This document shows, piece after piece, positions 27,331-40,683 of a stretch of 60,000 bases of DNA (position 1 is its first letter; every line of letters starts with the position of its first letter). This DNA is from Botryllus schlosseri (Eukaryota): assembly GCA_051294905.1 (NCBI GenBank), contig CM119371.1, positions 7,070,001 to 7,130,000 of the forward strand. Direction: 5' to 3'. The position numbers were made by a program, and so were the translations under genes. Below the pieces are notes generated by a model that saw nothing but the letters and a program-made list of their open reading frames with translations, ran no database searches and was not told the origin of the DNA.

Positions 27331-30300
27331 TCAGGACCCTTTCCGGCTTTTTGGGTCAATTGTTTGATTTGGGGGTCCAACTTGGATTGTTACTTGGGGC
27401 CTGCAGTACGCTTCGCCTGGTCACTTGATCTCGACAAAGTGAAGGAGGCGCTTTTCGTAATGAGTTCTCCCTCGAAAAATTTGAAATTTTGTCGGTGCCG
27501 GATTCCGTCGTCGTGACAACCTGTGACCCAGGGAGGGGGTTCGAATTTTACGAATTCTTCGTTTGACTGAGCCACCAAATAATTACTCGATTTGGAGCGT
27601 CAAACAGGACTGGGCCGGTTCACGTCCTCCTCGATCTGCAAAAAATAGGCGGTCAGTCAATACTAGTATTGGAATCATGGGATTTTAAGGTATATTTCTG
27701 ATCCCGCTCCCGGGATTAACTCTATTGAAATCCCTGGATATCGAGAAAGCATCTTTCAGAGCTCAAATAGCGCTTATTTTATTCTTAAAACACCGTTACA
27801 ATATAAGCTGACTGCAACTATGGCACAACAATGAGCTACGCCAGTGGTCTTCAATCTTTTTCGTAATGGTACACCATTAGGTCATTCAAAACTTGTCCAG
27901 CACAGTTCACATAATACATTGAATCCATAGTAACCATAATCAGAAGAGGGACGGGTTCGGCTGCAACCTATCGGAAATTCTAATGCTAGAAAATAATCAG
28001 AGCTCTGGATTACCAGATCTCGATACAACAGTGGTTTTCAACAGGGGGTCTGCGAAACACTTTCAGGAAACCGCAAACCGATTGCTAAATATAATTTGTG
28101 ATATTGGAAACTAGGGTAGATTATCTGAAGCAGTTTTGCTTCATAACTTATGAAACTTTGTAGGTTACATCAGCTGGATGGGCGTTTAAGACATGATATC
28201 AAACTCTGCCAGCCCATTTTAATTGACTGCAAGCCATGTAGTCAATGGGTCGACCTATTGATACGAACTTTTTGCTGTATCGGGCTGTTTCGTTGTGGTT
28301 TGCGGATTAACTGCAAATTTGGAATAGAAAGGTCAAAAAGATCGATTATAATCAGAAACCACTCAAACAATGACATTCTCGCTGTTCTCCCGATTTTGCG
28401 TCAGTAAATGAATGTAACTTCGCTAATCTTGGGGTTAAGGAGTGAAAATCCCAGTCCTGGGATTCAAATTTTAATCCCAAAATCACAACCATAGTGCAGG
28501 ACCGCCCCTAAAAATTCGCCAACTTCCGTGGGTCCTGCACTTATTTTGGTATCCCATTTTGAAAGATACTTTTCAAAACTAGCAAGACAAAATTTGAAAA
28601 TTTTAATTTTTTTTTTCTCGGCCCGAAATATCGACATTAGGGCTCTTCAAAAATGACCCTTTTTCTCAAACCGTACTGGCTACTTGATAAAATTGTTAGG
28701 TTACCTAATTTAAGCCTACACACCAAATTTGGTTCAATTCCAACCAGTGGAAGCGGAGTTATTGCCGTCGAAAATTTGGTTTTGAATAAAATAGTATTTA
28801 CGGTGGGCACCACTATGATAAATAATTAAAGCATTGGTCACCGTAAATACTATCTTATTCAAAACCAAATTTTCGACGGCAATAACTCCGCTTCCGCTGT
28901 GTGAAAGTCAACCAAATTTGATGAACATCGCTCCTATAGACAGCCTAACACTTTCATGGCGTGAGCAGAATATTTTCAAATTTTTTGTTATTTAATTTTA
29001 GATAATAAATAGAAACTTTCTTCTCCTGTATCAATGCGGCTACTGGTTGAAATTGAACCAATTTGGTGTGTAGGCCTAAATTAGGTAACCTAACAATTTT
29101 ATCAAGTAGCAAGTCCGATTTGAGAAAAAAGTCGTGTTTGAAGAGCCCTAATGTCGATATTTCAAGCCAAGAAAAAAATTGAAAATTTTCATATTTCTTC
29201 TAAATTTGCCTTGCTAGTCCCCTTGAAGAGTTTTGAAAAGTATCGAGTAAGAGCCCTAATCGACATAGTACCTACACCTATACTCTTACCTCATGGCCTT
29301 ATCTTACCCAAAACATAAATAATAACTTCATAATTTCGATTTTCATTGGCAGCGGTTCAGTATCCCAGTAATTTACTGGAATAATGTTTCGTTTTTCTCC
29401 ATTGTAAATTTTTTTTTTAATTTTGTTAAACAGCTTCACGGTAAATCAAAAATTTGCATGATATATATGTCTTATAGTATTCAGTGAGGTTATTTTAAAA
29501 AGCGAACATCGATACCTGTGTTATGCTAAGAGACGTTTGGCCTAGGTCTACCTTGCTCTGATTGACAGAGCTTCACAGCAAACTTTTTGAGAAAATGACC
29601 TGAAATTTGAAATTTCAAAATGGAATTTCTCCTAGAGGGGTTGCACATATTCCTTCAAATTTTAGCATAACACAGCACTGTCCTAGTACTTCCTACAGAA
29701 GGCGTTATATTGAAAAAAGGGCTTAACAATATTGAGATTTAGCATTCCCCGTGTCGGTGCATTTTTTCTCCTTCAAATCCACAATCTGCAGGGTAAAACT
29801 AAACTTTTTGTTTTTTGTATATAACATAGCGACTGAAATTCGCGGTGATGGGGTAGCCATCAGAGAGTTAGGTTTTTGACTTGCTAGTCCCCTTAAGTAG
29901 GTTTGCTCTTCTTCTACAACTACCTCCAGTGGTTCGTTTTTCCACTCTTACACTTTTACTGAACGGATTTGTAGGAAAGACTAGTTGCTTGTTACACTTT
30001 GGATCTCGTGGGAAGAACTTTTGTGATACTTGCAATTCTTACTGGAGTGGTAACAATTTCAAACTACTTCCATTGCAGTTTTTTTGCAAACTAGGCCTAG
30101 AATAATTACCGTTTTCACTTATTTGGACATTTCTACTTCTACTTGTAGCCTACTTGTGTAGAAATTTACAACACTGCTTAGCCTCTTATTTGAGTGGCAA
30201 CAATGAATACAGTACCTCGATATCTGCTCACGAAACAGCAATCTCGATTCAACCCCAACCTTCACCCACATTCGTCACTCACCTGCTTACATAGCGATCG

Positions 30301-32740
30301 ACCGACTTTTCCCTGTGGGCACCAACACCAACGGTTGGACCTGGAGCACTTTCTGGTGGATAGCCGCACGTTGCTGGGTCGATCTTGACCAGTTCGGTGG
30401 CGGGCCAGGAATCCATCCCGAATGAGGGGGACTCTGGAATAAAAAGGGATTCAGTTTCTAGGGAAACATGAAAGAATTTGGAGGATATTACATAATACGT
30501 TCAAATCATTACCCTGTTAAAATAGACATCTCCTGGTTTCGAGAGTGTATTTATGACTAGTTTTCAAATCTAGTTACATAATTAAGTAGTTTGAAACACA
30601 GTGAATTCTGCTGCTACCTGAAGTAGGCTACTTATGGGTTGTTTGGAAAAGCAATACTATTACTAATACTTGAGTGAAATATGCACCTTCTTGACTACTT
30701 TGACAACTTCTGATCATGCATGCAGACTGGGGTTGTTTAGAAATAAACTTTTTTTCGAATTCCGAAGATTCACTGATTATATTGCTAGGCTAGGTTGCCT
30801 TAAAATCGCTCCGCACCAATTTGGCTCGATTCCAGCTAGTGAAAGCCGACGTAGAGCCATTGAAATTTTGGAAATCATTGTATTTTTATTCAAATTTTAC
30901 TTGTAAACGCCATACGATTGTTAAGTTGCTTAAAAGAACAATGCATAACATTTTTTCTCAATTCAAACTGGTAGAAGCAAAGTTACTGCAGTTGAAAGTT
31001 TTAGGTTTGCAAAAGAGCGTTGATGGTGAGTAATCCCAGAATTATTAATGAAAAACTCAATTAACTTCTCTTTTACGGGTTGGAATTGCTTCAAATTTGC
31101 TTTGCAACTTTTTGTAGACAACTCAACAATTTCGTGAGGTTCAGAGCAACAAAAAATAAATTCTAATAAATACTGTAATAAATTTCAATTGACTCTGCCT
31201 CGACTTCTACTGGTAGGAATTCGCCAAATTTGGTGTGCAGCATTTCTTAGGCAACCTGACATTCTAATCAGTGAATCCCGGGTATATTGAAAATAAGTTA
31301 TTTTTGAACAATCCTAATGCATGCAATCGCTGATATCTGTAGTTATTTCTGTGACTATTTCGCGACCACTAAAAGACTTTACCCCCTCCGAATTTGCTGG
31401 AAATCAGTGAGCCATATTTAATGCATGATTTCTATGTCAGCTCGTAATGAGTAAATGCTGGATGTAGGAGTCTGTAGGCTATAAATATATGGTGCGCTGA
31501 TGTTAGGGAAGATAATATGTTGATATCAAAATCCATGGGATTCCACTTGATTCATTTTAAACAGATATTGACTACACTGTGGACAGAATGTTTGCTATAT
31601 ATTTCTATATTGTCATCCATTCTGGATGTTACAAAATTACACAGAGACTCACATGTTGCTATCATGATTCCTGGAAAGCTGGATGTCGAGATCTTGTCTT
31701 TTGACCGGTGAAAAAGCCTGAAAGAAAAGCTCATAATTACACAACCGTAAAAATAGGCTTGAACAATGAAATTAAACAGTGGTTCCACCAGCCACCTCGA
31801 ACTGCATAGAGAACAAAAATATCAGAAAATACTTTCATTTGGTGTAGAAAATATGTTGGTGTCCACAGGGAAGTGGTTCACTTTGGTTTATTCATTCCAT
31901 CGTTACGACATTACAGAGACGCCACAGTGCTGGGCTTAAACAATTTAGGAAGATTTGGTTGTTCATTAAACTCTCACCTGTGCCCAATGCCACATCAAAG
32001 ATGTAATCAAGTACAGGTATCTCATAAAAGAGTTTAACCACAATCGCCACTAATGAATGAGGACATGCATGAATGTATGATTTTCAACGGGATTTCAACA
32101 ACATGCAGATGCACCACGGGCAAGGATATCTATTAGCCATATCTCAATTGTTCTACTATCAGTCATGCGCGGTTCAATCAGCACCTATAAAACGGGATAG
32201 TAACTACGGCGTTAGAACAGATATCATTACCATATGTTAACTTCACTAATTGATTTTTAAATACCTAGGTAGGTTCGAATGGAATATCATTGTCCATCGT
32301 AATTGTGGCTTGAAAATACGCAGCCGAATAAAACACACCTTGAATGATAATTGGTGAACTTGCTTTAAAGTTGCAACTTGCTTGACTCTGATCGAAAGAA
32401 AATCCTTGCCTGTGATGATAAATAAGGATACGGTACATCGGCTTAGAAACGATTAAAATTCAAACTTTACAGTCACCCAATGTGTTGAGACATGTTTTTA
32501 CAGAGAGATATAAGATCGTCACTAGTGGTTGAGTTGAAATTGTTGGTAATAATTTGATCGTTTCAAAACACACACCCATAGCATTGATTGCAAATAATTG
32601 AATCCAAAATCATTGATTTTACGAAAAAGTGAATTCAGAATTACTCACTTTTTTCTCCTGGACAGAATTGAGGCATGTCAGATTACGATCGATTGATAAC
32701 TTCTTTTATCATCAAAGCCATTTCACATCCGACGACTAGA
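27331..32740 (-). pseudogene. decayed multi-exon relic, unit 2 (from 32649, 31653-31717, 30283-30433, ~27331-27635)
   Basis: conserved splice signals homologous to units 1 and 3; contains the 27390-27578 ORF. Confidence 0.55.
28638..29258. mobile_element. composite hAT structure: palindromic MITE (28638-29150) plus inverted copy of left flank (29151-29258)
   Basis: tagggctctt start; aagagcccta ends at 29150 and 29258; atcgacat at 28630 and 29259, its reverse complement at 29151. Confidence 0.75.
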
Positions 32741-34083
32741 CCATTAAATGATATGATATAAATTATGATCGTCTGATTGCAATCCACTGTAACAAAATGA
32801 TGAGTGGTTATGAAAAGTAAAATCAATGAATCTATTTACACAGGTTGCTCAACCCCTGCAATCATACCATATGATGTGATATAGCGATGATATATACATA
32901 GTTTTCGATAGCCCCGCATAAAAACATAATCGAAATGGTTTATGTTGAATATGCGTACAAATTTGATATCTTGATCATGGATGCAAAAAACGATGTCAAT
33001 TTTTAATTCGGCGCCCGATATTCGTCAGACACAATATAAATAACAAGATGAACAAAAATTTAATCTGATTTTATTTCGTACTTAACACGCACGGTTCTCA
33101 TAAACTAAGATAGGCATATAAACTTGTAACTTGTAAGTTGTAACCTAAGCTCTATTTGGAAGCACATAGTGTTGTGAGTATACCTTTTGAAGAGTGAATA
33201 ACTTTGAGCAAATATCATACACGGCTCAACTAGGAAGAGATCATCCACACTCTTGGTAAATTTTCCTGTGCATTGAGTCATTGAGTGCTGTTGGTAAGAT
33301 CATATTGAATCATGGGAAGGGTAACCGCTTAACAGTAATCAGTAGGTTCCCCACTCCTGATATTGGCCATATAACCATTGTGGAATCAATTGTCCAAGTC
33401 ATCAAAATCATCGACCATATCTATATTCAGTAAGGAACTGGGTTGTATCAACTAGAATAGTCGGCAGGATTATGCATTGTGGTACGGTACAAGGAATGAA
33501 GTATATTTCCAAAAAATTATTGGTTATTATTGCTATTACATTCATGAAATAGTACGAATCTACCAATAAGTAGTTTACACATGAAAAAATTTGAAAAACT
33601 AAAAGTACAAAGTTCTGCCGCTTTGAAACAAAAAATGCACAATTTTCTTGGCAATTATGATGGATATAGCTTGAGGAATGGAAAATATCAATTGATACAA
33701 CTTTATTTTATATCATGTCGCAGGTGCAGACTTGTACAAACTACTAATCTATTTGGTTGACGGTTAAGAGTAGTTGTAGTTAGAGATTTTAAAAAGCGAG
33801 TAGTTCTGGTATCGTTGTTTGGCGTGAATAGTTATAGTGGTGTTTTGTTGTGTTATTTTCTTGCAGCTATTGCTAGCTCAGAGTTAATACTACTAACATC
33901 GACGTAGCCAGCGGTGGGTTTAAGGGGTTGAAAATCGTCCTATTTCGAACTGCAAACCCCGTTGTTTTGAATCACCGATTCCATCTCAAATATGTCTTTG
34001 CTCATTTCAAATTCAGGTATTCGCATTATCAGTTATGCAGTTGCTTCTGAATTAATAGACTCAGTTGTGTCTTAGTTCGTTAG

Positions 34084-34989
34084 TTACGGTTTTTGAAGCA
34101 TGTCATCATGACACTTCTCTACTTTCTCACTTACTGGACGGAAGGATCGGATACAATCTGCGTCATCATCAAAAAGAATTATCAATTCATCTTTGTCAAT
34201 TTCTTCGTTCATGTTGTGTGACGCTTTTGAAGCTTTCAAAAGATGTCCATTGATCAACTTGTACAGTTCAAAGTCGTTACTGATGATTAGGTTTGATTGC
34301 AAAAGATATTCTAAAAATGCCGGAGAGACTTTATCAAACTTGACGGCTTCAAGACATTCGTGCAAATGTTCCTGATTTTTTCGATTTTTTTCAACCCAAT
34401 TGAACAATAATGTTAGTTTTTCTTCGCATAACTTTGATTTTTCCGACGTCACATAATCGAGGATGTTAGTTTTTTCAACATTTCCAAATTCTAGTTGGTT
34501 TGACATTTCCATAATATTTTCATGAAAAAATGCTCTACATCGCGTGGAGACGGCATCCAGTCCATACATATCGGCGACATTTCTTGTAGAAAAGTAATTC
34601 TCTACATCAACTGATTCCTCCAAAACGTCAGATACTGCCTGTTTCACGTCATCCAACTGCATCATGATTGCGACATGAAGAAGATCATTCATCTTTTCAT
34701 CAGGAATCTCAAATTTGCCCGAATATATGAAATCGATGCAGTTTTTCACACACTGAGAATCGACCTCTTTCAAAACGACTTTTCCTTCGCGACTCTCTTT
34801 GGTGTCGTGTTTCAACATGGCTTTGAAATAAGCACAACCAGCCGACAATACATTTTTGTGAGTGTAATAGACATCATCTCCTACTTGAATTATGAAATCA
34901 CAATGATCGTTTTCTTGCTTCATTCTATGTAATTCTTCCATCATCTTCACTGAATGTTTCTCTACATCTGGACACACAATCTGCACCAT
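34084..34989 (-). CDS. BTB-BACK-only paralogue (Kelch repeats deleted); open frame, functional status unknown
   Basis: aligns to residues 1-~298 of copy 2, then jumps at ~34103 to sequence homologous to ~23050, ending MLQKP*. Confidence 0.8.
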   Translation of the reverse strand: MVQIVCPDVEKHSVKMMEELHRMKQENDHCDFIIQVGDDVYYTHKNVLSAGCAYFKAMLKHDTKESREGKVVLKEVDSQCVKNCIDFIYSGKFEIPDEKMNDLLHVAIMMQLDDVKQAVSDVLEESVDVENYFSTRNVADMYGLDAVSTRCRAFFHENIMEMSNQLEFGNVEKTNILDYVTSEKSKLCEEKLTLLFNWVEKNRKNQEHLHECLEAVKFDKVSPAFLEYLLQSNLIISNDFELYKLINGHLLKASKASHNMNEEIDKDELIILFDDDADCIRSFRPVSEKVEKCHDDMLQKP

Positions 34990-36668
34990 GATTTTCAATC
35001 AACTACAATATACAATTATCCAACGATTATATAATATAGTCAAGCACTGCTATTGCATTAAAGATGATTAGTTAATTCGTAATGCCTGTTCTGTTGAAAG
35101 AATCGTAATAATACCAATACGTATCAACGTCACAAGTATGAATTGAAGGACTTTCAATTACACACAAGGTGAACACTGAACAGTGCTAAATCAGAGACAT
35201 CCCTGCCAATCTGCCATAATGCAGTTATAAAAACTTCTTCCATCGATTTGCTTTACTTTTAGAAATGAAACGAAATAGTTATTGCGGTCGATTACCACCC
35301 CCGGCCACGGGAATGATCGAGTTGATTATCCGTAATCTAAATTGTATTTTGGAACACTGTTAAATAATTTGGTACTATGGTATATTCCAGGGGTGGCCGC
35401 ACATGTTTCATGCTCCAACCGAATATATCAAAGATTGATTTTAAAAGAGTGGCAACATGAAAGATCATGCTAGTGATTTCACTACGTGTTTGGAAACGAA
35501 ATCAGCGAAGCATGTGGCTTGTCAGTGTCATCTGACGGAAAATTAGTTTTTGAATTTGCAGTGCAGCTGTTACCAATGATACATATCATTGCGGTTACTG
35601 ACAGAGTAAACCTTGTGCTATCAGTAACAGCTATTCAGTTTAATAATATTTTCATCATTTCAAAACACCACAAGACTGCCACTAGGCGATGTAGAGAAGA
35701 GGCACTATAGAGGCACGCACGCACACTGAATGAAAAGTACACCAGAGAATATAAAAGACAAGCTAGTCCTACAGATGAGTACAATCTTTGAAAATTTATG
35801 CATTTACGATAGGTATGGGTCTAAACAACAGTTCAAGTAGTAGTAGAGGGATTACCTCCTGAAAACAGTGGAGAAGATTAACTGCATCCGCGTGATTCTC
35901 TCCCTGACTGTAAAATCTACCTTCATTGTGTACCCTTTGATATTCATTTGTTGTTATAGTTTCATGCTTGGTTGTTCTAAATCAGGGGCGGGCAACATAA
36001 GGCCCGCAGACAGCTTCCGGTCGTATACGATAATGTGGCCCGCGTCTACATTCCCTCGCGAGCCAATGTTTTCAACTATGAACATTAGCCTAAACAAGAC
36101 AAAGCCTCGTTCCAATCAAACTTATGTTTACGTGGAGTCTTTACTGAGGGTTTGGAACTAGTGCACTATACACCAACATTACCCGTTCATGGTGATCACT
36201 TTATTGACTAAGTACTTTTACACGTCAACCTTTTTTTTTATTGTTCTCTCGAATTGATATTTCATTACTCAACAGATTTCTAGTTGCGAGGTTTCAGTTT
36301 TTTTTCCGTTTACGCTCATTACGTAAAATAATTCACTTGATACCTATTATAAACGATGCACTGCCATTCATTTATGCTTCGTTACATAGCTATCTTACCA
36401 TGACTCACAGTTTTTCCCTTTAACGCCCATTACGTGAAACACGGAGTGCTTGGGACTCATCATAAACGATACGCCAAAGGATTTGTTTTATACGCATGAT
36501 ACCTATCACCATTTTTCTTAACGATTTACCAAAATTATAACGTTACACTTCATTACTTCCCTATAACAAACTATGAAAATCCCGTATTTACATCTAAATT
36601 TTAAACACCCATTCTTACCTTCAGATTTAGTCATTCTCCGTTGTGTTCCGTATTACTCTTATTGCCAT

Positions 36669-38470
36669 CTATTGACTTGTTCCGTTTCGTCTCCTCGTGT
36701 TCCTCATACGACTTAAGGTTCTACGTCGACGACACCTTATACAACCTACCCATAACACAATCACCAGAGCTATCAACCCGGTTACCATCATTATCACAGC
36801 AACCGGTTTCAGTGTAGTAGGGATGGTGTGAACCTCTGAAAGGTTCGGGTTCGTGTGAACGTGAACCTTTTTGAAAGGTTCTGTGTGAACACGAACGTGA
36901 ACCTCATGACGTCACGTGACGTCATATTGCTAATTTCAACCCCATATTTCAATTAGGTGATTGCCTATATTAATCTACTGTACACGATACCGAGCGACGA
37001 CTCGGGGCCACATAATAGCTCAGTACTTAAGTACATATTGACGTTTGAAACGTCACCAAATCTATCAACTGAGGCAATCAAATGATATCATAATCTCATA
37101 AAATCAGTATCTTGCGTCGCTTTGCCAACAATTTCAACCTGATTGGACAATGTGTTCAGCGTCTGAGTATTGCCATATGGATATTGAGCAAAGTGTAAAA
37201 TGGGTTTCTATACTTGCTACCGATTAACAAGTTATACGGCAGTATAGCCAACACCCCAGTGGCACAGATTTGGTTTTTATGATACAGTATACATATGTAG
37301 TCAAGATTGACCCCGTACGCCTGCTAGACGATATCAATCTCGTTGATTGGTTGAATAAGGATCATTTGCTGACAAAATACAGTGTATTTCGCTCTTGATG
37401 TCATGTGATTGCGGGTCAAGCTCACAGCACAGAGACACCAAATATGCACGAACGGAAAGCTGGATATTTCGAGCAAACTTTTGTAACAATACAAGTAAAT
37501 TTTTGAGATTGTCAAGGGCATGCTCGTTTAGTGTTGAATCTTTATGTTGCCAGTTCCATGCATGTGAGAGGCCCGCAGTTGAAAGTCAATAAATTTGAAA
37601 GAAATATATAATGAAGGGAAAATTGCAATTTATGAAAAAGGTTCACAGTGCAGAACCTACCAAGGTTCTGTTGTGAACGCGAACCTCAAATTTTCCGAGG
37701 TTCACACACAGAACGCGAACGTGAACCTCACGTTCACACCATCCCTACAGTGTAGGTATCAGTTTCGCACCTTCCATAATCATCCTATCGATCAAGATTA
37801 ATCCACTTACCTTATATCCACCTTCCATCATCACCAGTTCGTGCAGCCATCGAGTATAGTTGTGGTCAACGAAATCTGTGGTTGTCTTCCCCACGGTGGT
37901 TCTTGATATTCGGGAATACTCAGGAGCGGGTGTTCCCAAACTTCGGGTTTTCTGCCCGGGCTGCGGCGATGTGTTAGCCATCGTTGACTCAAAGGTAATA
38001 TTCATTAGTTCGACACTCTTCGAGGACGAGTCGTCTTTGTCGTCTCCTGTTGAATACAAAACAGTTGTTTCGGTACTTACCTTGCGGTTGTGGTCTGGGT
38101 TTTGGTAGTCCGTTCCGATGTCGGTCCTGCCGTCTTCCGTGGTGTTCTGCAGAGCCTTCGCAGTGGTGACCGGATGCACTCGCATCGTTGTTGGTGTTTC
38201 ACCAATGATTTTCTTCATTCCGTAGGTTTGGTTTCACGCGCGAAGAGTTTGCAACTGTTGCTTCCCATAAGTCGCATCAGTTGGTTTGACAGTTTTATAC
38301 TCCCCCTTTTTGTTAGCCATCGATTTCGATCGTCTTCCTTGCACCAGCCTCGCTTTCATCCGCCATTGTTTTGTTAGGGGTGGCAGATGTTTCAGCGCTG
38401 TAGTGCTTGGATCATAGTCTTTCGCCGCTGGAGTTACCCACGTCGGACTGTAGTAAGCGATCATGTACAC
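36669..38470 (-). pseudogene. env-position single-pass membrane glycoprotein ORF, disrupted by a MITE and one in-frame TGA
   Basis: ORF 37745-38218 continues in frame after removing the MITE and one TSD: ...IPTL-KPVAVIMMVTGLIALVIVLWVGCIRCRRRR...GTSQ* (stop 36669-36671); ORF 38234-38470 is in the same frame. Confidence 0.7.
36818..37747. mobile_element. hAT (Ac-type) MITE with gtgaac subterminal motifs
   Basis: TIRs tagggatggtgtgaac/gttcacaccatcccta; perfect TSD cagtgtag. Confidence 0.95.
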
Positions 38471-38554
38471 TTCTTGGGATGGGGGTTTACCTCTGACGTC
38501 TGTCTTGCTACTATCGAGTGCGACACGCCTTGTCTTGTTAGTCTTTCATTTATT

Positions 38555-40300
38555 TTCTCATGAACAACAAAAATAGCCAATTTTCATTCGGCAAAACCTT
38601 GTTCAATAATACCAAAATAAGGTATTATATCTATTGCTTCCTTTAGTGCCTTCGCCTGACCCTCCCGCGTCGGGTTATAAGGGCCAGAAACGAAAGGCTT
38701 AGTCGATGGGTCCTTACGTCCGATGTCGCATTGGTATTTCATGGATTGGGGGGCGCTGAGTTGGCCCCGCAGGCTATCAAGTTCGGAAGCAAATGGATCA
38801 TAAACGGCTGTCAAGACTCCTTCAGGGATGGCGATTTTTTCTAGGCCAGTCAAAAGTCAGGAGGTTTGTATGACAGTTTCGCCAGTGCTACCGATTGTGC
38901 ACAGAGACTTTCGAGTTCCGTCTTCACGCTGGGACTGGTGTCTTGTTGTAAGGTTACATAGTAATTGGGCCAGTTATTGGCCCAATGCGAATCTCGTTAT
39001 GAACGGGGTTTTGGTGTTGGTGGAGAGAAGGGCGAGGTTCTTCGTTGTCAGCGGGGATTCCCAACCTATTCAATCTGACCTCTGATCTCGGCGTGTGCCC
39101 ACGCCTACCGTCACGCCGGCGGATTCAGTCGCCGCCGGGGGCCCGTTTCTGGGGAGACGTGCATCTTAAAATCCCCAGACTCCTTGCCGGTCATGACCGG
39201 ACATGTGTCCGGTTAGCCGGTAACAGCTGCTTTGTTTGGGAAATTACTCATAACTGTGGCTGTCGTCATGCATCTATGGGCCGAATTGTTACAGTTATTC
39301 GGACAAGTGCATCCACGAGAGCTTTCAGGACCAGTTTTCTCGTGCAGGTCCTTATTTACGTCAGCCGGGATTCCGCGCTCGACGTCTTCATTATTGGTGC
39401 CGTCAGGGATTCCTGACTCGACACATCTTTAGTTAGTGCCAGCAGTGCTAACTGACCCGACACTTTCTCGACTAGTGCCAGCAGGGGCTACCTGACCCAA
39501 CACTAGGGATTTCCCATATTTTTTTGACCTTTTGGGAAAGAAGGTAAGACAGTTGCCGTCGTTAGATCGGCGTATTTATGATTGGTGCCAGCAGGGATTC
39601 CTAACTCGACACATTTCGCGCCAGTGGTGATTACCATCTCGACACTTGCGCCAGCGGCAACGGCCTGCATGCGGCGACACAGACAACGTGCCGGCTCGAC
39701 GCTTATCTGGTTTGCAGCTTCCATCAACCCATCATCGGTTACAGTGTCGCGAAGACTGCTTCCGACTTTGGTTCCGTCCCGTTGATCACACGAGATCCCG
39801 TCATGAAGCATTACTAAAGACAACCCTTCGTTTGCATTAGGCGGAGATTCAAATTCAGTCGCTATGTTTGGTAATTGTTGTACATGATCAATCCATTTTA
39901 GACCTACAATATCGAGAGGTCTCCTTCCTCGATCGCAAATGGAGCCGATAGTCCGTCGAAATTGATTATTACTAAGGAGTCAACGTGGGAGGAGTCACAT
40001 ATATCACGTAGTTTCATGTCTATAGGTTGTCGCTCCTCCCAGCTTGGCGGGTATTAGGTTTCTACGACGTTTTTCAATTTGAGGACGCTTCCCGTGTCGG
40101 CGCAGAAAACCCCAGTTGTGATCCTTCGACGATCTTTTCTTTTCATAGATTGGCGTTCGCAGATAGTAAGGAGGTAATCGATGTGTTCGTCTTCAGACTC
40201 TCCCCCGTCCACTGAAATTGCCAAGAAATGACGCTGAGCCCCAGAAGACCAGTTGGTGCCTCCATTTGATTATAGTGTAGCTTCATGGCGCTTGCCATGC
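38555..40300 (-). pseudogene. degenerate Ty3/Gypsy-like gag and RT N-terminal remnant
   Basis: KPFVSGPYN...LKEAIDIIPYFGIIEQGFAE*KLAIFVVHEK resembles the PY...GIIEPSxSxWxSPxxxVxKK start of Gypsy RT; GESEDEHIDYLLTICE (~40210-40160) is gag-like; possible decayed knuckle CYRLTGHM (~39225-39200); judged by eye. Confidence 0.6.
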
Positions 40301-40683
40301 AAGTGTTCCACACTTGGTTCGATTTACTTCACAGAGCTCAACCCCATCTCCTGGCTTTTCCACATTTTTCCATACCCCTTATACAACCCGGTTTTGTCGA
40401 CGTTGATTGAAGCATTGGTTGTGGATTGATCGAACGAAGCAGTGACCTTGGAAGGTCCAGCGGCTCAAACTATTCATACAATAGACAAGCCCCTTGGCTT
40501 AATACAACCAAATACTCCAATAATTATCATGCAGACAGAATGAGGTATCTAAGCAAAATTCGGTTAAATTGGCATATAGAATATCCATCAATTATAACCC
40601 AAGATAAAGCTTAAACCTATTCATATTCATGCACGATTTAATGTATTTTAAATACTCCAAGGTTTGTTTTCGCATAGAAACTA

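Larger units (their letters stand above)
24790..34989. repeat. least-expanded tandem unit (~10.2 kb); homologous to 111-24789 and 34990-60000
   Basis: ATG-to-ATG distance 24789 to 34989; same landmarks in same order in all three spacers. Confidence 0.9.

Noticed and set aside
36155..36165. Helitron 3' end (CTAG-T on minus strand)
   Set aside because: No subterminal GC hairpin, and Helitrons do not create the 9-bp duplication seen
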